A stretch of 64,000 nucleotides of DNA from an uncultured bacterium (GCA_903894565.1 CAITQP010000004.1:9957-73956); one strand, 5' to 3'; counted from the stretch's first letter, positions 36,555 to 47,088 are shown. Notes: generated from the letters alone by a model not told the origin. A program made the numbers and translations.

Positions 36555-37139
36555 TTATTTTTCCTTCCATCCAATTTCAATCAAAAATTGTTTCGCAAGT
36601 GCGATCGGCATACCCATGAGCGCATCGAGGTCGCCGTCGAGCTTCACCACTTTTGGTGTTATTTCCGGATCCTTGTAACGGAACCCTCCTGCATATTCCA
36701 TATACGTACCACCACTAATATATGCTTCCACCTCTCCAGTCGTGAATGGACCGAGAATAAATTCACCATCACTCGTACCTTCGCGCGTCTCCCCTGTCAG
36801 AGTGTTCGTAACCGTAATCGCTGAAACAAATCCGCACCGATTCACGCCGTTGTATATTCTAAAAAATTCACGCTCCTCATCTGCCGACGCTGGTTTCTCA
36901 AGCAATCGATCTCCATAAAAAAGCACGACGTCACCCGTAATCAAAAAACAGGGGTCGGTGACTTTCCCGAGCAGTGCATCACGCTTTGCTATAGCGAGCG
37001 CCATCGGTAAGGCTCGATAGTCGTTTGTACGAATTGATTTCTCATCGAAATCCGACACGAGCACGCCCGCGATCGGAATACCCGCCTCTTCGAGCAAAAG
37101 TCTGCGCGTCTTTGATGCTGATCCTAAAATAATATTCAT
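36555..37139 (-). CDS. maf: Maf family nucleoside-triphosphate pyrophosphatase
   Basis: Starts MNIILGSASKTRRLLL; FDEKSIR, LITGDVV, LEKP, YAGGF, LMGMP. Confidence 0.88.
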   Translation of the reverse strand: MNIILGSASKTRRLLLEEAGIPIAGVLVSDFDEKSIRTNDYRALPMALAIAKRDALLGKVTDPCFLITGDVVLFYGDRLLEKPASADEEREFFRIYNGVNRCGFVSAITVTNTLTGETREGTSDGEFILGPFTTGEVEAYISGGTYMEYAGGFRYKDPEITPKVVKLDGDLDALMGMPIALAKQFLIEIGWKEK

Positions 37140-37759
37140 AGTTGTATTTCTTCTCCTTCGCCCACAAATGTAGCTACCTCGTCGTCCACGAAAATCGCTT
37201 GTCCGTCCATGAGGATTCGCACAGGATATTTTGTCGTGCTCTTCATCTGGCGAACACGCTCTTCCATCTCCGGCTGATAATGAGCAAACACAAGAAACGG
37301 CACATAGTTGAGTGCCGTAAAATCCGTCACGCCAAAACGATCTTTGTCGTTTGATTTCCACGTCGCTGTCTCGATACTTGGCGCCATAATATATGAGCCC
37401 GCACTACTGCCAGAATAACAAACACCTCTCACAAGTAGTTCCTGAAGCACAATATCAAAACCACTTTCGCGCACAGCTTTCAAAAGATAGAACGCGTTTC
37501 CCCCTTCGACATGCACGATATTTTTGTCGGCAAAAAATGTACGCATCTCGTCGAGCGACTTGCCTTCGATATCAAATGGCTCAGCAGTGTAACCCGCCAT
37601 GCGCATGCTTTTTTTGTAATGATCAATATATGTTTGATCGGACAACCCTTTTGATGCTGTTGTCACATAGCCGATATGAATCTCATTTTTAGGAATACCA
37701 AAATGCGCGAAGCCTTGCTTCCATGCGTAATCTCCGTCGGAACAAAGCAAGAGTTTCAT
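37136..37759 (-). CDS. Peptidase S51 (dipeptidase E-like)
   Basis: YVTTAS, VEGGNAFYLL, YSGSSAG, FAHY. Confidence 0.88.
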   Translation of the reverse strand: MKLLLCSDGDYAWKQGFAHFGIPKNEIHIGYVTTASKGLSDQTYIDHYKKSMRMAGYTAEPFDIEGKSLDEMRTFFADKNIVHVEGGNAFYLLKAVRESGFDIVLQELLVRGVCYSGSSAGSYIMAPSIETATWKSNDKDRFGVTDFTALNYVPFLVFAHYQPEMEERVRQMKSTTKYPVRILMDGQAIFVDDEVATFVGEGEEIQL

Positions 37760-38185
37760 TTATTTTTCACAAAACAGTTTTAATCCACTCGCAGGATCGA
37801 TTTTCTTTTCAAGTTTTTCTGGGAGCCAATCAATCGCCGTTTCGCCAGTCGCGGAAATAATGAGTCGATTGATATGTCCTCCAAAACAATTGTGATTGTC
37901 GTCACCAAATACTCCGTGCGCATGCACCCATGGTGCGCCATCTATCCATGCGACATTCCCCGTCACCGTAATTACTTCGATATTGCGTGCCGAGTGAGTC
38001 TTTGACGCGTATGCCTTGGTCTCGATATCATAGTACGCAAGCTCCACGTCTGTGCATCCACCAATCATTGAAAAATGAAACGAAAAACCGCGCTCCTCGG
38101 CCAAGGCTGTCAAAAGAGTGACCGGTTCATCCCCCTTCTCGAATTGCACAATTGATTTATTTTTTGAATCAAAAATAATTTTCAT
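37760..38185 (-). CDS. PPC/DUF296 domain protein
   Basis: EVITVTGNVAW...PWVHAHGVF...CFGGHI. Confidence 0.85.
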   Translation of the reverse strand: MKIIFDSKNKSIVQFEKGDEPVTLLTALAEERGFSFHFSMIGGCTDVELAYYDIETKAYASKTHSARNIEVITVTGNVAWIDGAPWVHAHGVFGDDNHNCFGGHINRLIISATGETAIDWLPEKLEKKIDPASGLKLFCEK

Positions 38186-38210
38186 GTAATCTAGCTATAG
38201 ATATCTAGTT

Positions 38211-38828
38211 TCACCATTTTTTAATTGCAGATACATTTTTAAGTCCAGAGTCTAAATCTGACAACAATGAACTCAATTGAATAAACGCTGTTTTATAGAG
38301 TGGCTCGCTTTGTTCGACGAACGAATTATAGATCGAACCTTCTCCTCGCTTGTATTCCTGGAGTGCCGACACGCCGAGTGACCGAGCCTCCTTTTCTTTC
38401 TCACTTCGTAGAGTTTGTATTTTTTCTGTAATTTCGTTTTTTTGTTTTTGTATCTGAGTACTAACCCCCACCCATGCATCCAATATCGCTTCTTTACGAG
38501 AAGAAGTAACGTCGTTCAGCGGACTTGGTAATGTTACAGAATCCAATTTCCTAAACATGAAATTTACAGTATCCATACTACTTGCTTGACCCATCAATAC
38601 AGCAACATCTAAGTCTCTGTTTTGTATATCATCACCGGATTTTTTTTCAACAGCAAGCCCCGAATATCCATGACCAACTTCACTCAAAGCATGGATGAAA
38701 GCCGGAAAAGTACTCACGGTGCAACCATCATAAGCCAAGACCTCGTTGCTTAATTTCGTTGCTTTGTTTTTTTCGTTCTCTTCATCAGAAACCTGAGGTA
38801 TAGGTCCTAGATTGGGATTAAATACCAT
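38211..38828 (-). CDS. Hypothetical protein (helical)
   Basis: 205-aa ORF filling the gap; no family recognised. Confidence 0.6.
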   Translation of the reverse strand: MVFNPNLGPIPQVSDEENEKNKATKLSNEVLAYDGCTVSTFPAFIHALSEVGHGYSGLAVEKKSGDDIQNRDLDVAVLMGQASSMDTVNFMFRKLDSVTLPSPLNDVTSSRKEAILDAWVGVSTQIQKQKNEITEKIQTLRSEKEKEARSLGVSALQEYKRGEGSIYNSFVEQSEPLYKTAFIQLSSLLSDLDSGLKNVSAIKKW

Positions 38829-38851
38829 AAGATAAAAAACTAACTTATAAA

Positions 38852-40105
38852 TTAGACAAACTGCTCCGGAATTGGGAACTGTGTTGCAAGCGCAACAACT
38901 TCAGCTTTGATGACTTTTTTCTTGGCATCATCATCTTTGTTCTTGAGTGTTTCGATGAGGAGTTCGGCGACGCGAGCACATTCTGCTTCTTTGAATCCAC
39001 GAGTCGTGATGGCTGGTGTACCGAATCGAATACCGGACGGATCAAGTGGCTTGCGTGTGTCTCCTGCGATTGAGTTCATGTTGAGAGTGATACCAACTTC
39101 GTCGAGTGCTGTCTGCGCTTCCTTGCCGGTCACTCCAAGCGAACCGAATACATCGGCGAGAATGAGGTGATTGTCAGTACCGCCACCAATCATGCGTACA
39201 CCTTCGCGCTTGAGGACAGCTTCCATAGCTTTTGCATTCTTGAGCACTTGCTGTGCATATTCTTGAAACGCTGGTGTGAGTGCTTCACCGAAAGCAACAG
39301 CCTTTGCCGCAATCGTGTGCATGTGTGGACCTCCTTGGATTCCTGGGAAAATTGACTTATCGATCTTCTTGGCGATCTCTTCACTCTCACGGGTGAGAAT
39401 AATACCTCCGCGTGGTCCGCGAAGCGTCTTGTGTGTGGTCGAAGTGATTATATCGAATCCATCGTCGAATGGATTGCGAAGTGCCTTACCCGCAATGAGT
39501 CCCGCAATGTGGGCCATGTCGGCCATTGTGATTGCTCCCACTTCATGCGCGATATCGACGAATTTCTTGTAGTCGAGCGTGCGAGGATATGCGGAGAATC
39601 CAGCGATGATGAGTTTTGGTTTGTGTTCGAGCGCAACTTGGCGAAGACCTTCGTAATCAATTTCGCCAGTTTCTGGATCTTTCATCTTGTACGTGACGAA
39701 TTTGTAGATCTTGGCAGGAAGTGTCATTGGGTGACCATGAGTAAGGTGTCCTCCATGAGAGAGATCCATACCGAGCACGGTATCACCTGGTTCGAGAAGA
39801 GCAGCATAGACGGCAAGGTTTGCAGGCGCGCCAGAGTGTGGCTGAACATTGGCGAACTTACAGTTGAAAAGCTGTTTGACGCGCTCAATCGCAAGAGTCT
39901 CGACGACATCTGTATACTCCTGTCCGCCGTAGTAGCGACGTCCCGGGTACCCTTCTGAGTACTTGTTGGTCATGATTGAACCATTTGCAAGAAGCACGTT
40001 TTTGGAAACGTAGTTCTCACTTGGGATAAGTTCAAGACCCTCTGCCTGTCGTTTTGCCTCGCCCGCGATAGCTTCAAACACCTCCGTTTCTTTATATGAG
40101 CTCAT
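38852..40105 (-). CDS. glyA: Serine hydroxymethyltransferase
   Basis: LIPSENY, NKYSEGYPGRRYYGG, TSTTHKTLRGPRGG, SGIRFGTPAITTRG. Confidence 0.99.
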   Translation of the reverse strand: MSSYKETEVFEAIAGEAKRQAEGLELIPSENYVSKNVLLANGSIMTNKYSEGYPGRRYYGGQEYTDVVETLAIERVKQLFNCKFANVQPHSGAPANLAVYAALLEPGDTVLGMDLSHGGHLTHGHPMTLPAKIYKFVTYKMKDPETGEIDYEGLRQVALEHKPKLIIAGFSAYPRTLDYKKFVDIAHEVGAITMADMAHIAGLIAGKALRNPFDDGFDIITSTTHKTLRGPRGGIILTRESEEIAKKIDKSIFPGIQGGPHMHTIAAKAVAFGEALTPAFQEYAQQVLKNAKAMEAVLKREGVRMIGGGTDNHLILADVFGSLGVTGKEAQTALDEVGITLNMNSIAGDTRKPLDPSGIRFGTPAITTRGFKEAECARVAELLIETLKNKDDDAKKKVIKAEVVALATQFPIPEQFV

Positions 40106-40190
40106 GGAATAAGGATATAAATAGATTTACACACTAATAACCTTATCCTAGCACGAAATCAGCGAAACGAAAACCGCCCCAAGCTACCTA

Positions 40191-41027
40191 TCAATCATCA
40201 CTTACAACCCAATGAATTGGATACTCGTAGTTACTTTTTCCCACAGTAAAAATATATGCCTCAATCTGTTCTTCTGTGAAATTCATATTTTTTAAAAGAG
40301 GATTCACAACATCAAGTGCCTTATCCCACGCGACATGTTCATCATACAAAATAGTATCAAGTACAGGGGCGTATTCTGGTGCAGTCAAATTTGTAACCAT
40401 TCCCGCTGCAAGAAAAACTTTTCTATCTTTTATAAGACGCTGTTGTTCCTTTTCACTTGCCGAAGAAAAATATTCAGCGTGACCGAGTTCGTGAGTATAG
40501 CCCATCAACTCAGGCAGTGTGCGTGTTGGGCTCGAGAGAACTATATTTTGTGAAGCATTGAATGTTTCACTTTTAAAATTTTTTTGTAGAGACCACAATG
40601 AAATAGTTCCCGTTTCGTTCTTTGGGACAATCACTGTTTCTCCTTCACCAGCCCGAATACTATATTCTTTTATGTAAACATACTCTGACATCTTTCGCTG
40701 ATTCTCCTCACTATTTTCCTTAAACAAAAGCGCGTTACTTAATCGAGCTTTCTGATCTTCGTTCAGTTGAGAAAATATACTCGACAACTGCTCCCACGCG
40801 AATGAAATCTTCCATCCTTCACCCTCAATCACCTCATTTCCTTCCGTCCCATTAAACGCAATGTCCTCATGAGTAAGTGGGACTTCAAGTGCTTTGCTCG
40901 ATACCTTTAATTGTTCAATAATTGCATCTCGATTCGGATTATCAAAAAGATTCTTGGCTTTGTCGGTCTTAAAATAATCACGGGCATAGTTCTCTGGTGT
41001 TGGCTTCGGGAATCCCATTTGTTCCAT
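40191..41027 (-). CDS. Hypothetical protein with zincin-like HExxH motif
   Basis: YTHELGHAE followed about 35 aa later by YDEHVAW. Confidence 0.6.
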   Translation of the reverse strand: MEQMGFPKPTPENYARDYFKTDKAKNLFDNPNRDAIIEQLKVSSKALEVPLTHEDIAFNGTEGNEVIEGEGWKISFAWEQLSSIFSQLNEDQKARLSNALLFKENSEENQRKMSEYVYIKEYSIRAGEGETVIVPKNETGTISLWSLQKNFKSETFNASQNIVLSSPTRTLPELMGYTHELGHAEYFSSASEKEQQRLIKDRKVFLAAGMVTNLTAPEYAPVLDTILYDEHVAWDKALDVVNPLLKNMNFTEEQIEAYIFTVGKSNYEYPIHWVVSDD

Positions 41028-41047
41028 ATGCATACATAGTATCACAG

Positions 41048-41079
41048 AAAAAAACCGCTCCGAAAGGAGCGGTTTTTTT
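41048..41079. terminator. Bidirectional intrinsic terminator after the DEAD-box helicase
   Basis: aaaaaaaccgctcc-gaaa-ggagcggttttttt. Confidence 0.85.
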
Positions 41080-41088
41080 ATCGTCTCT

Positions 41089-42474
41089 TTACGCAGGAAT
41101 GAAAGTAAGTGCGATTCCCTTCTTATCTGCACGGCCAGTACGGCCGATGCGGTGAACGTACGTTTCGTAATCGTTCGGGATATCGTAGTTGATCACGTGC
41201 GTGACATTTGGAATGTCGAGTCCGCGAGCAGCGACGTCAGTCGCGATGAGAATTTTGGTTTCGTTTTTCTTGAAACTCTCAAGCATGCGCATACGTTCGC
41301 GGTTGCGCTTGTCACCGTGAATACCGGCGACTTTGAAGCCGAGCGAGCGGAGCTCGCTCTCGAGCTGATCAACACTGCGCTTGGTCTCACGGAAAATGAG
41401 AACTTTGTCCGCACCCTCACCAATGAGAATGTCGTGCAATGTGTTGAGCTTGTCTTCTTTGCGGACACGAACAACGTCCTGATCAATGTTCTTTGAAGTG
41501 TTTCCTGTGACAACTGAAACGAAGAGTGGATCTTTGAGATACATTTCTGTCATCTTCTTGATCTCAGGCGAAAGTGTCGCTGAGAAGAAAAGTGTCTGTC
41601 GTGGTGTCGCACATTTGCCGAGGATGAATGTCATGTCGTCACGGAATCCCATGTCGAGCATGCGGTCTGCCTCATCGAGTACGACAGTACTGAATGTTGA
41701 GAGATCGAGTGCCTTCTGCTTCACGAGGTCGGTGATACGTCCTGGTGTTCCGATGACGAAGTTTACTCCGCGACGGATTTCACTGATTTGGCGATTGATT
41801 GGCATTCCACCAACAACTGAAACAGAGAAGACATGGAGCCATGCGGAAAGATCACGAAACTCAACTTCGATTTGCTGTGCAAGTTCGCGAGTTGGAGCCA
41901 TGATGAGTACTTTCTGCTTTTTATCGCGACTAACGCGATCAATGAGCGGAAGAATGAAGGCACCAGTTTTTCCAGTTCCGGTGTTTGCAAGACCGAAGAA
42001 GTCACGACCACCGAGCACGGTCATGATCGACTGATCCTGAATTGGTGTTGGGTGAACGAAGCCTTTCTTGGCGATATTTTTCTGAAGCTGTTCTCCGAAT
42101 GGAAAATCAGCAAATTTGTGTTTCGCAACATATTTCTTTGCTTCCGTAACAGGCTCTGCCTTTTTTACGAATTTTGAAAAATCGATGCGTTGAGCGAAGC
42201 GTGATCCGCCTCCCCCGCCTCCCGTGCGATTGCGCGCGAAGCTCGTACTTCGGCGACCAGCCCCGAAACCACTTTTACGTGGAGCAGCGCCGAATCGTGA
42301 ACTACTTGATTTAAAACCGCCTGAACGAGCTGGGGCACTTGAAGAAGCGCCGCTCGGACGAGCAGAGTGTGATGGACCTGTATAGCGGAAGCCTGAGCCT
42401 GAACGCGTTACGGGCGATGAATTGAACGAGCGCTTTCCGCCTGATGACGGGCGCGCAGAATGACCTGTGGGCAT
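41089..42474 (-). CDS. DEAD-box RNA helicase with N-terminal Arg/Ser/Gly-rich extension
   Basis: PTPIQ, ANTGTGKT, PTRELA, VLDEADRMLDMGF, FSAT, TDVAARGLD, YVHRIGRTGR. Confidence 0.97.
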   Translation of the reverse strand: MPTGHSARPSSGGKRSFNSSPVTRSGSGFRYTGPSHSARPSGASSSAPARSGGFKSSSSRFGAAPRKSGFGAGRRSTSFARNRTGGGGGGSRFAQRIDFSKFVKKAEPVTEAKKYVAKHKFADFPFGEQLQKNIAKKGFVHPTPIQDQSIMTVLGGRDFFGLANTGTGKTGAFILPLIDRVSRDKKQKVLIMAPTRELAQQIEVEFRDLSAWLHVFSVSVVGGMPINRQISEIRRGVNFVIGTPGRITDLVKQKALDLSTFSTVVLDEADRMLDMGFRDDMTFILGKCATPRQTLFFSATLSPEIKKMTEMYLKDPLFVSVVTGNTSKNIDQDVVRVRKEDKLNTLHDILIGEGADKVLIFRETKRSVDQLESELRSLGFKVAGIHGDKRNRERMRMLESFKKNETKILIATDVAARGLDIPNVTHVINYDIPNDYETYVHRIGRTGRADKKGIALTFIPA

Positions 42475-42597
42475 ATAGTTACTTGTTTTGTCATGGATAT
42501 CAACCATATGACAACAAGCGTCTAGGTGACTTCCACAATCGTCACTCCCTTATAAATAAGAGGACCTCGTGTGGTCCTTAGTGAGAATGATATTCAG

Positions 42598-42626
42598 AGA
42601 ATAGCACTATTGTCTTGATATGTCAA
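42598..42626 (-). promoter_or_regulatory. Promoter TTGACA-N17-TATTCT for the DEAD-box helicase
   Basis: -35 at 42621-42626, -10 at 42598-42603 with upstream TG. Confidence 0.65.
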
Positions 42627-42664
42627 TATTCGCCAAAAGTCGGCAAAAAACATATACTCAATAC

Positions 42665-43606
42665 ATGAAAGGCAAACACGCGGACGAGCAGTATCTCGAC
42701 TTACTCCAAAAGCTCATCGATCTGGGTACAGAAAAAACTGACCGCACGGGTACAGGCACAAAATCGTTCCTTGGTCATCAAATGCGTTTCGATCTTGAAG
42801 ACGGCTTCCCTCTTCTCACTACAAAAAAAGTACCGATCAAAGCAATCATTCATGAACTGCTTTGGTTTATGCGTGGCGACACCAATCTCAAATATCTCGT
42901 CGACAATAATGTGCACATTTGGGATGAGTGGCCATACAAGGCATATCTCAAACGAAACAATCTCCCGATTCCAGAAATTAATGGTGAAGAATGGAAGACA
43001 GGCATGAACGCTTTTGTCGAACGCATCAAAACTGACGAACAATTCAGAAATGAATACGGCAACCTCGGACCGATCTATGGATATCAGTGGCGTAGTTGGC
43101 CAACACCAAATGGCGGACACGTTGATCAGCTCGCCAAAGTGATTGAACAAATAAAGACAACACCTGATTCACGACGCATGATCGTGTCGGCGTGGAATGT
43201 CGCCGATATTGATGAGATGGCAAAGGCAGGGCTCCCGCCCTGCCACTGCTTCTTCCAGTTTTATGTCGCCGACGGCAAACTCTCCTGCCAACTCTACCAA
43301 CGTTCGTGCGATACATTTCTTGGCGTGCCATTCAACATCGCGTCGTACTCAATCTTCACGATGATCATCGCACAAATCTGTGGATTGAAGGCTGGCGAAT
43401 TCGTTTGGACTGGCGGTGATGTACATTTGTACAAAAATCACATTGAGCAAGCTCAACTGCAACTCACTCGTCGGAGTGATATTCGTCCCCTCCCGACGAT
43501 GAAGATAAATCCCGCAAAAACAAAAATCGAAGATTTCACGATCGACGATTTTGAACTTGTTGATTACAATCCGCATGATGCCATCAAGGCACCAATCGCA
43601 GTCTAA
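42665..43606 (+). CDS. thyA: Thymidylate synthase
   Basis: [49 protein letters not shown]. Confidence 0.98.
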   Translation: MKGKHADEQYLDLLQKLIDLGTEKTDRTGTGTKSFLGHQMRFDLEDGFPLLTTKKVPIKAIIHELLWFMRGDTNLKYLVDNNVHIWDEWPYKAYLKRNNLPIPEINGEEWKTGMNAFVERIKTDEQFRNEYGNLGPIYGYQWRSWPTPNGGHVDQLAKVIEQIKTTPDSRRMIVSAWNVADIDEMAKAGLPPCHCFFQFYVADGKLSCQLYQRSCDTFLGVPFNIASYSIFTMIIAQICGLKAGEFVWTGGDVHLYKNHIEQAQLQLTRRSDIRPLPTMKINPAKTKIEDFTIDDFELVDYNPHDAIKAPIAV

Positions 43607-43629
43607 ATTATTTGTATAAAATCAAAACA

Positions 43630-44055
43630 ATGAAACAAGGTACAGACTATATTGGAACAGGTGTGGGTGCATTCATCCTCAATGACGAGGGTGAACTTTT
43701 TCTCATGAAGCGTGGTCCAGAATCAAAAAATGAGGTTGGTTACTGGACTGTACCTGGAGGCACCGTCGAATTCGGCGAAACACTGAGTGATGCAGTCGTA
43801 CGTGAAGTACGTGAAGAAATCGGTGTCGATATCGAACTCGATGGACAGCTTCCTGCGATTGATCATATTTTACCCAAAGAAAAGCAGCACTGGGTCACCA
43901 CGATCTTTCCTGCGCGCATTATTTTTGGCACACCAGAAATACTTGAACCATCAAAATGTAGCGATATCGGTTGGTATCCACTCGAAGCTCTTCCTGCTCC
44001 CTTGGCCAGCTCACTACAAAAAACAGTGAACACATTTTTAAATATCGAAGAATAA
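43630..44055 (+). CDS. Nudix hydrolase
   Basis: PGGTVEFGETLSDAVVREVREEIG Nudix box. Confidence 0.93.
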   Translation: MKQGTDYIGTGVGAFILNDEGELFLMKRGPESKNEVGYWTVPGGTVEFGETLSDAVVREVREEIGVDIELDGQLPAIDHILPKEKQHWVTTIFPARIIFGTPEILEPSKCSDIGWYPLEALPAPLASSLQKTVNTFLNIEE

Positions 44056-44075
44056 TATTCAACCGAACATTCATT

Positions 44076-45749
44076 ATGGAAAATAAGATCTGCAAACAAT
44101 GTTCGAATCAATTCTCAATTGAACCAGACGATTTTTCGTTTTACGAAAAAATGCAGGTGCCTCCACCAACACTTTGTCCAATCTGTCGTCAAAAGCGACG
44201 CATGTTCATTCGCAATTTCACCACACTCTACAAGCGAACGTCATCAAAATCTGGCAAACCTATTATTGGTATGTATCACGCCGATCAGCCCTTCCCTGTC
44301 TGGAGCACAGAAGAATGGTACGCAGACGATTGGGACGCAATTGAGTATGGACGTGACTATGATTTTTCTCGACCATTTTTTGATCAATATCATGAGCTCC
44401 TGAATGAAGTGCCTCATGCTTCACTCATGGTTACAAACAGTTCAGATTGCGGATACTGTAATGTTTCGCATCGTAGTTCGCATTGCTATTTCGCCTTCGG
44501 AGTTGTCGACAGTGAATATTGTGACTACGGCGGTCATGCAATTTGGAATTCACGAGAATCATCTGACTGCGCGTATCTCTACAAATCAGAATACTGTTAC
44601 GAATGTATCGACGTCCTTGAATCAAACAATCTCCTCTATTCTGAAGAATGTGAAGCCTGTGCTGAATCAATCGGACTCTTTGATTGTCGCGGGTGCGTAA
44701 ATTGTATTGGCTGTGTTGGTTTGCGAAACAAGTCGTATCATATTTTCAACCAACCAGTTTCCAAAGAAGAATACCAACAATTCAAGATTGATCACCCGCT
44801 CCGAGACAGTGCAACACTCGCATACATACAAGAGGAACAATCGAAATTAAAGCTCACTGTTCCGACTCCACACATGTTTGGCTCTCACAATACAGACGTA
44901 TCTGGAAACCATATTTATAACGCGAAAAATATAGCGTGGAGTTTTGATATCAAGAGCGGAGAAAATGGAAAATTTGGATTCACCGTTCGTTCACTCGTCG
45001 AGAGTTACGACTCAATATTCACAACGAATGTTGAACACTGCTATGAAACAGTTTTCTCTCAATCGTACAAACTCATCGCGTGCCACATGGCACAAGATTG
45101 TACCGAAACTTCATATTCTCAATTTTGTCTAAACTCAAACAACTTGTTTGGCTGTGTTGGTCTGCGCAAAAAAGATTATTGTATTTTGAATAAACAATAT
45201 ACCAAGGAAGAATATGAAGCACTCGTGCCAAAAATAATTGAACACATGCGCTCGACAGGAGAATGGGGTGAATTCTTTCCAATCGAGCTTGCACCTTTTA
45301 CTTACAATGAGTCTACCGTAAATGAATACTACCCCCTCGCTCGCGAAGAGGCATGTGCCGAAGGATACCCATGGAAAGACGACATTCCAGCAATGCGCGG
45401 GCAAGAGAACTTTACGATTGACCAAACTGACACCTACGAGTTTGAATTCTTAAAAGATAAAATCTTTGCTTGTGAATCCTGCGAACGAAATTACCGATTC
45501 ATCGATCATGAACTTTCACTCTATAAACGATTCGGACTCCCTCTTCCACGCAATTGTTTCTTCTGCAGACATGCGAGACGAATGCAAAAACGTCTTCCCC
45601 GCACACTTTACGAACGAACCTGTATGTGTGAGCAACATACTCATGCGCACGGGAATGAGCACTGCCAAACCGCATTCATGACCGCATTCAGCCCTGACCG
45701 ACCAGAGCATGTGTATTGCGAAAAATGTTATCAAGCTGAAATTGTCTAA
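44076..45749 (+). CDS. Cysteine-rich (CxxC-repeat) protein of unknown function, CPR-type
   Basis: CKQC...PPTLCPICRQKRR, central C/S-xx-C repeats, twice GCVGLRxKxYxI, C-terminal CESC, CFFC, YCEKCY. Confidence 0.8.
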   Translation: MENKICKQCSNQFSIEPDDFSFYEKMQVPPPTLCPICRQKRRMFIRNFTTLYKRTSSKSGKPIIGMYHADQPFPVWSTEEWYADDWDAIEYGRDYDFSRPFFDQYHELLNEVPHASLMVTNSSDCGYCNVSHRSSHCYFAFGVVDSEYCDYGGHAIWNSRESSDCAYLYKSEYCYECIDVLESNNLLYSEECEACAESIGLFDCRGCVNCIGCVGLRNKSYHIFNQPVSKEEYQQFKIDHPLRDSATLAYIQEEQSKLKLTVPTPHMFGSHNTDVSGNHIYNAKNIAWSFDIKSGENGKFGFTVRSLVESYDSIFTTNVEHCYETVFSQSYKLIACHMAQDCTETSYSQFCLNSNNLFGCVGLRKKDYCILNKQYTKEEYEALVPKIIEHMRSTGEWGEFFPIELAPFTYNESTVNEYYPLAREEACAEGYPWKDDIPAMRGQENFTIDQTDTYEFEFLKDKIFACESCERNYRFIDHELSLYKRFGLPLPRNCFFCRHARRMQKRLPRTLYERTCMCEQHTHAHGNEHCQTAFMTAFSPDRPEHVYCEKCYQAEIV

Positions 45750-46538
45750 ATGACGACTCAAGCAAAAAATATATACGGTGTTCGCGTTGTGTACCACACG
45801 GCTGGTGACCCAAAGAATCCACCAATCGTATTTCTTCATGCGTGGGGTGCGAGAAATATCAAACGTGTCATCCGAGAATTCGCGTGTGATTTTTATGTAA
45901 TCGTTCCTGAGCTTCCTGCACTCTTAGGTTCAGACACTCCAACAAATCCTTCTTGGTCATACACTGACTACGTCGAACTTGTCCGTGCGCTCATCAAAGA
46001 ACTCAATGTCACCAAACCAACACTCGTTGGGAATTCGTTCGGCGGAAGTATCGCGACAATTTACGCGACGCTCTATCCGAGCGATATGCGAAATCTCGTA
46101 CTTGTTGACTCGGGAACATCGAGTGAATATCCACGAACACCGTACATGCGAAGGTACCATAGACGCTTTTTCTTTTTGCTCACCTCCCCTACAGTTCCCG
46201 CGTTCATCAAAAAATTCGCAGTCTGGTATTACCTAGGCAAGCCGTTTTCACGTATCACAAACCAAGAACTCAAAAACGAAATTCAATTCGCGCAGAATTT
46301 CAACCGCGAATTTATTGTCGACTATTCCAAAATCATCGTGCCAACACTCGTACTCTCAGGCTCGCGCGATACAGTTATTCATCCGCTAGCGGACGCGCGG
46401 AAAATAGCACACATTATTCCAAATGCGCAGTTTTATACTTACTCCGGAAACGTCACAACGATCTACCAGAAGCCTACAAAAATCATCAATCTCATCAAAC
46501 AACACCTTTTTCAAAAAAGTGCTACACTGTCCGCATGA
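45750..46538 (+). CDS. Alpha/beta-fold hydrolase
   Basis: IVFLHAWG, LVGNSFGG, LSGSRDTV; the C-terminal catalytic His is not evident. Confidence 0.85.
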   Translation: MTTQAKNIYGVRVVYHTAGDPKNPPIVFLHAWGARNIKRVIREFACDFYVIVPELPALLGSDTPTNPSWSYTDYVELVRALIKELNVTKPTLVGNSFGGSIATIYATLYPSDMRNLVLVDSGTSSEYPRTPYMRRYHRRFFFLLTSPTVPAFIKKFAVWYYLGKPFSRITNQELKNEIQFAQNFNREFIVDYSKIIVPTLVLSGSRDTVIHPLADARKIAHIIPNAQFYTYSGNVTTIYQKPTKIINLIKQHLFQKSATLSA

Positions 46539-47056
46539 TAGTCTCGATGATCGCAGCAATTGGGCGCAATAACGAGCTTGGCAAGGACAATACGCTCCTG
46601 TGGGAGATGCCTCGCGACATGCAGTATTTCCGTGATACCACACGCGGACACACTGTCATTATGGGCCGTAAAACTTTTGAATCAATCGGATTTCCACTCC
46701 CCAAGCGCCAAAACATCGTAGTCACTCGCGACCACTCCTACCGACCCGCCGGCGTCGATGTCGTGCATTCTCTCGAAGAAGGTCTTCGTCTTGCTGCCCT
46801 CGAACAAGGAAAACATTTCGAAGAAAAACAAGAAGAGACAGAAATCTTCATCATCGGTGGCGGTGAACTCTATCGTCAGGGAATGTCTTTCGCTCACAAA
46901 CTCTATATCACCCGCATCGACGGAGAATTTCAAGATGCAGACACGCACTTCCCCGAGATCGGCCCTGAATGGAAAGAAATCTCTCGTGTTGCACACGAAC
47001 CAGATGCGGAGCATAAATTCCCGCATGTGTTTCTCGTTTACAAAAAAACCGCGTAA
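46535..47056 (+). CDS. folA: Dihydrofolate reductase
   Basis: IAAIGRNNELG, DMQYFR, VIMGRKTFESIG, FIIGGGELY, ADTHFP. Confidence 0.97.
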   Translation: MIVSMIAAIGRNNELGKDNTLLWEMPRDMQYFRDTTRGHTVIMGRKTFESIGFPLPKRQNIVVTRDHSYRPAGVDVVHSLEEGLRLAALEQGKHFEEKQEETEIFIIGGGELYRQGMSFAHKLYITRIDGEFQDADTHFPEIGPEWKEISRVAHEPDAEHKFPHVFLVYKKTA

Positions 47057-47067
47057 GCGGTTTTTTG
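47042..47067. terminator. Bidirectional terminator overlapping the folA stop codon
   Basis: aaaaaaccgc-gtaa-gcggtttttt. Confidence 0.75.
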
Positions 47068-47088
47068 TAAGTCCTTTTTTACTACACA

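Noticed and set aside
37140-37361. N-terminal extension of Maf in the ORF track
   Set aside because: It overlaps the peptidase S51 gene. The Maf fold starts at ATG 37139 with a 4-nt overlap.
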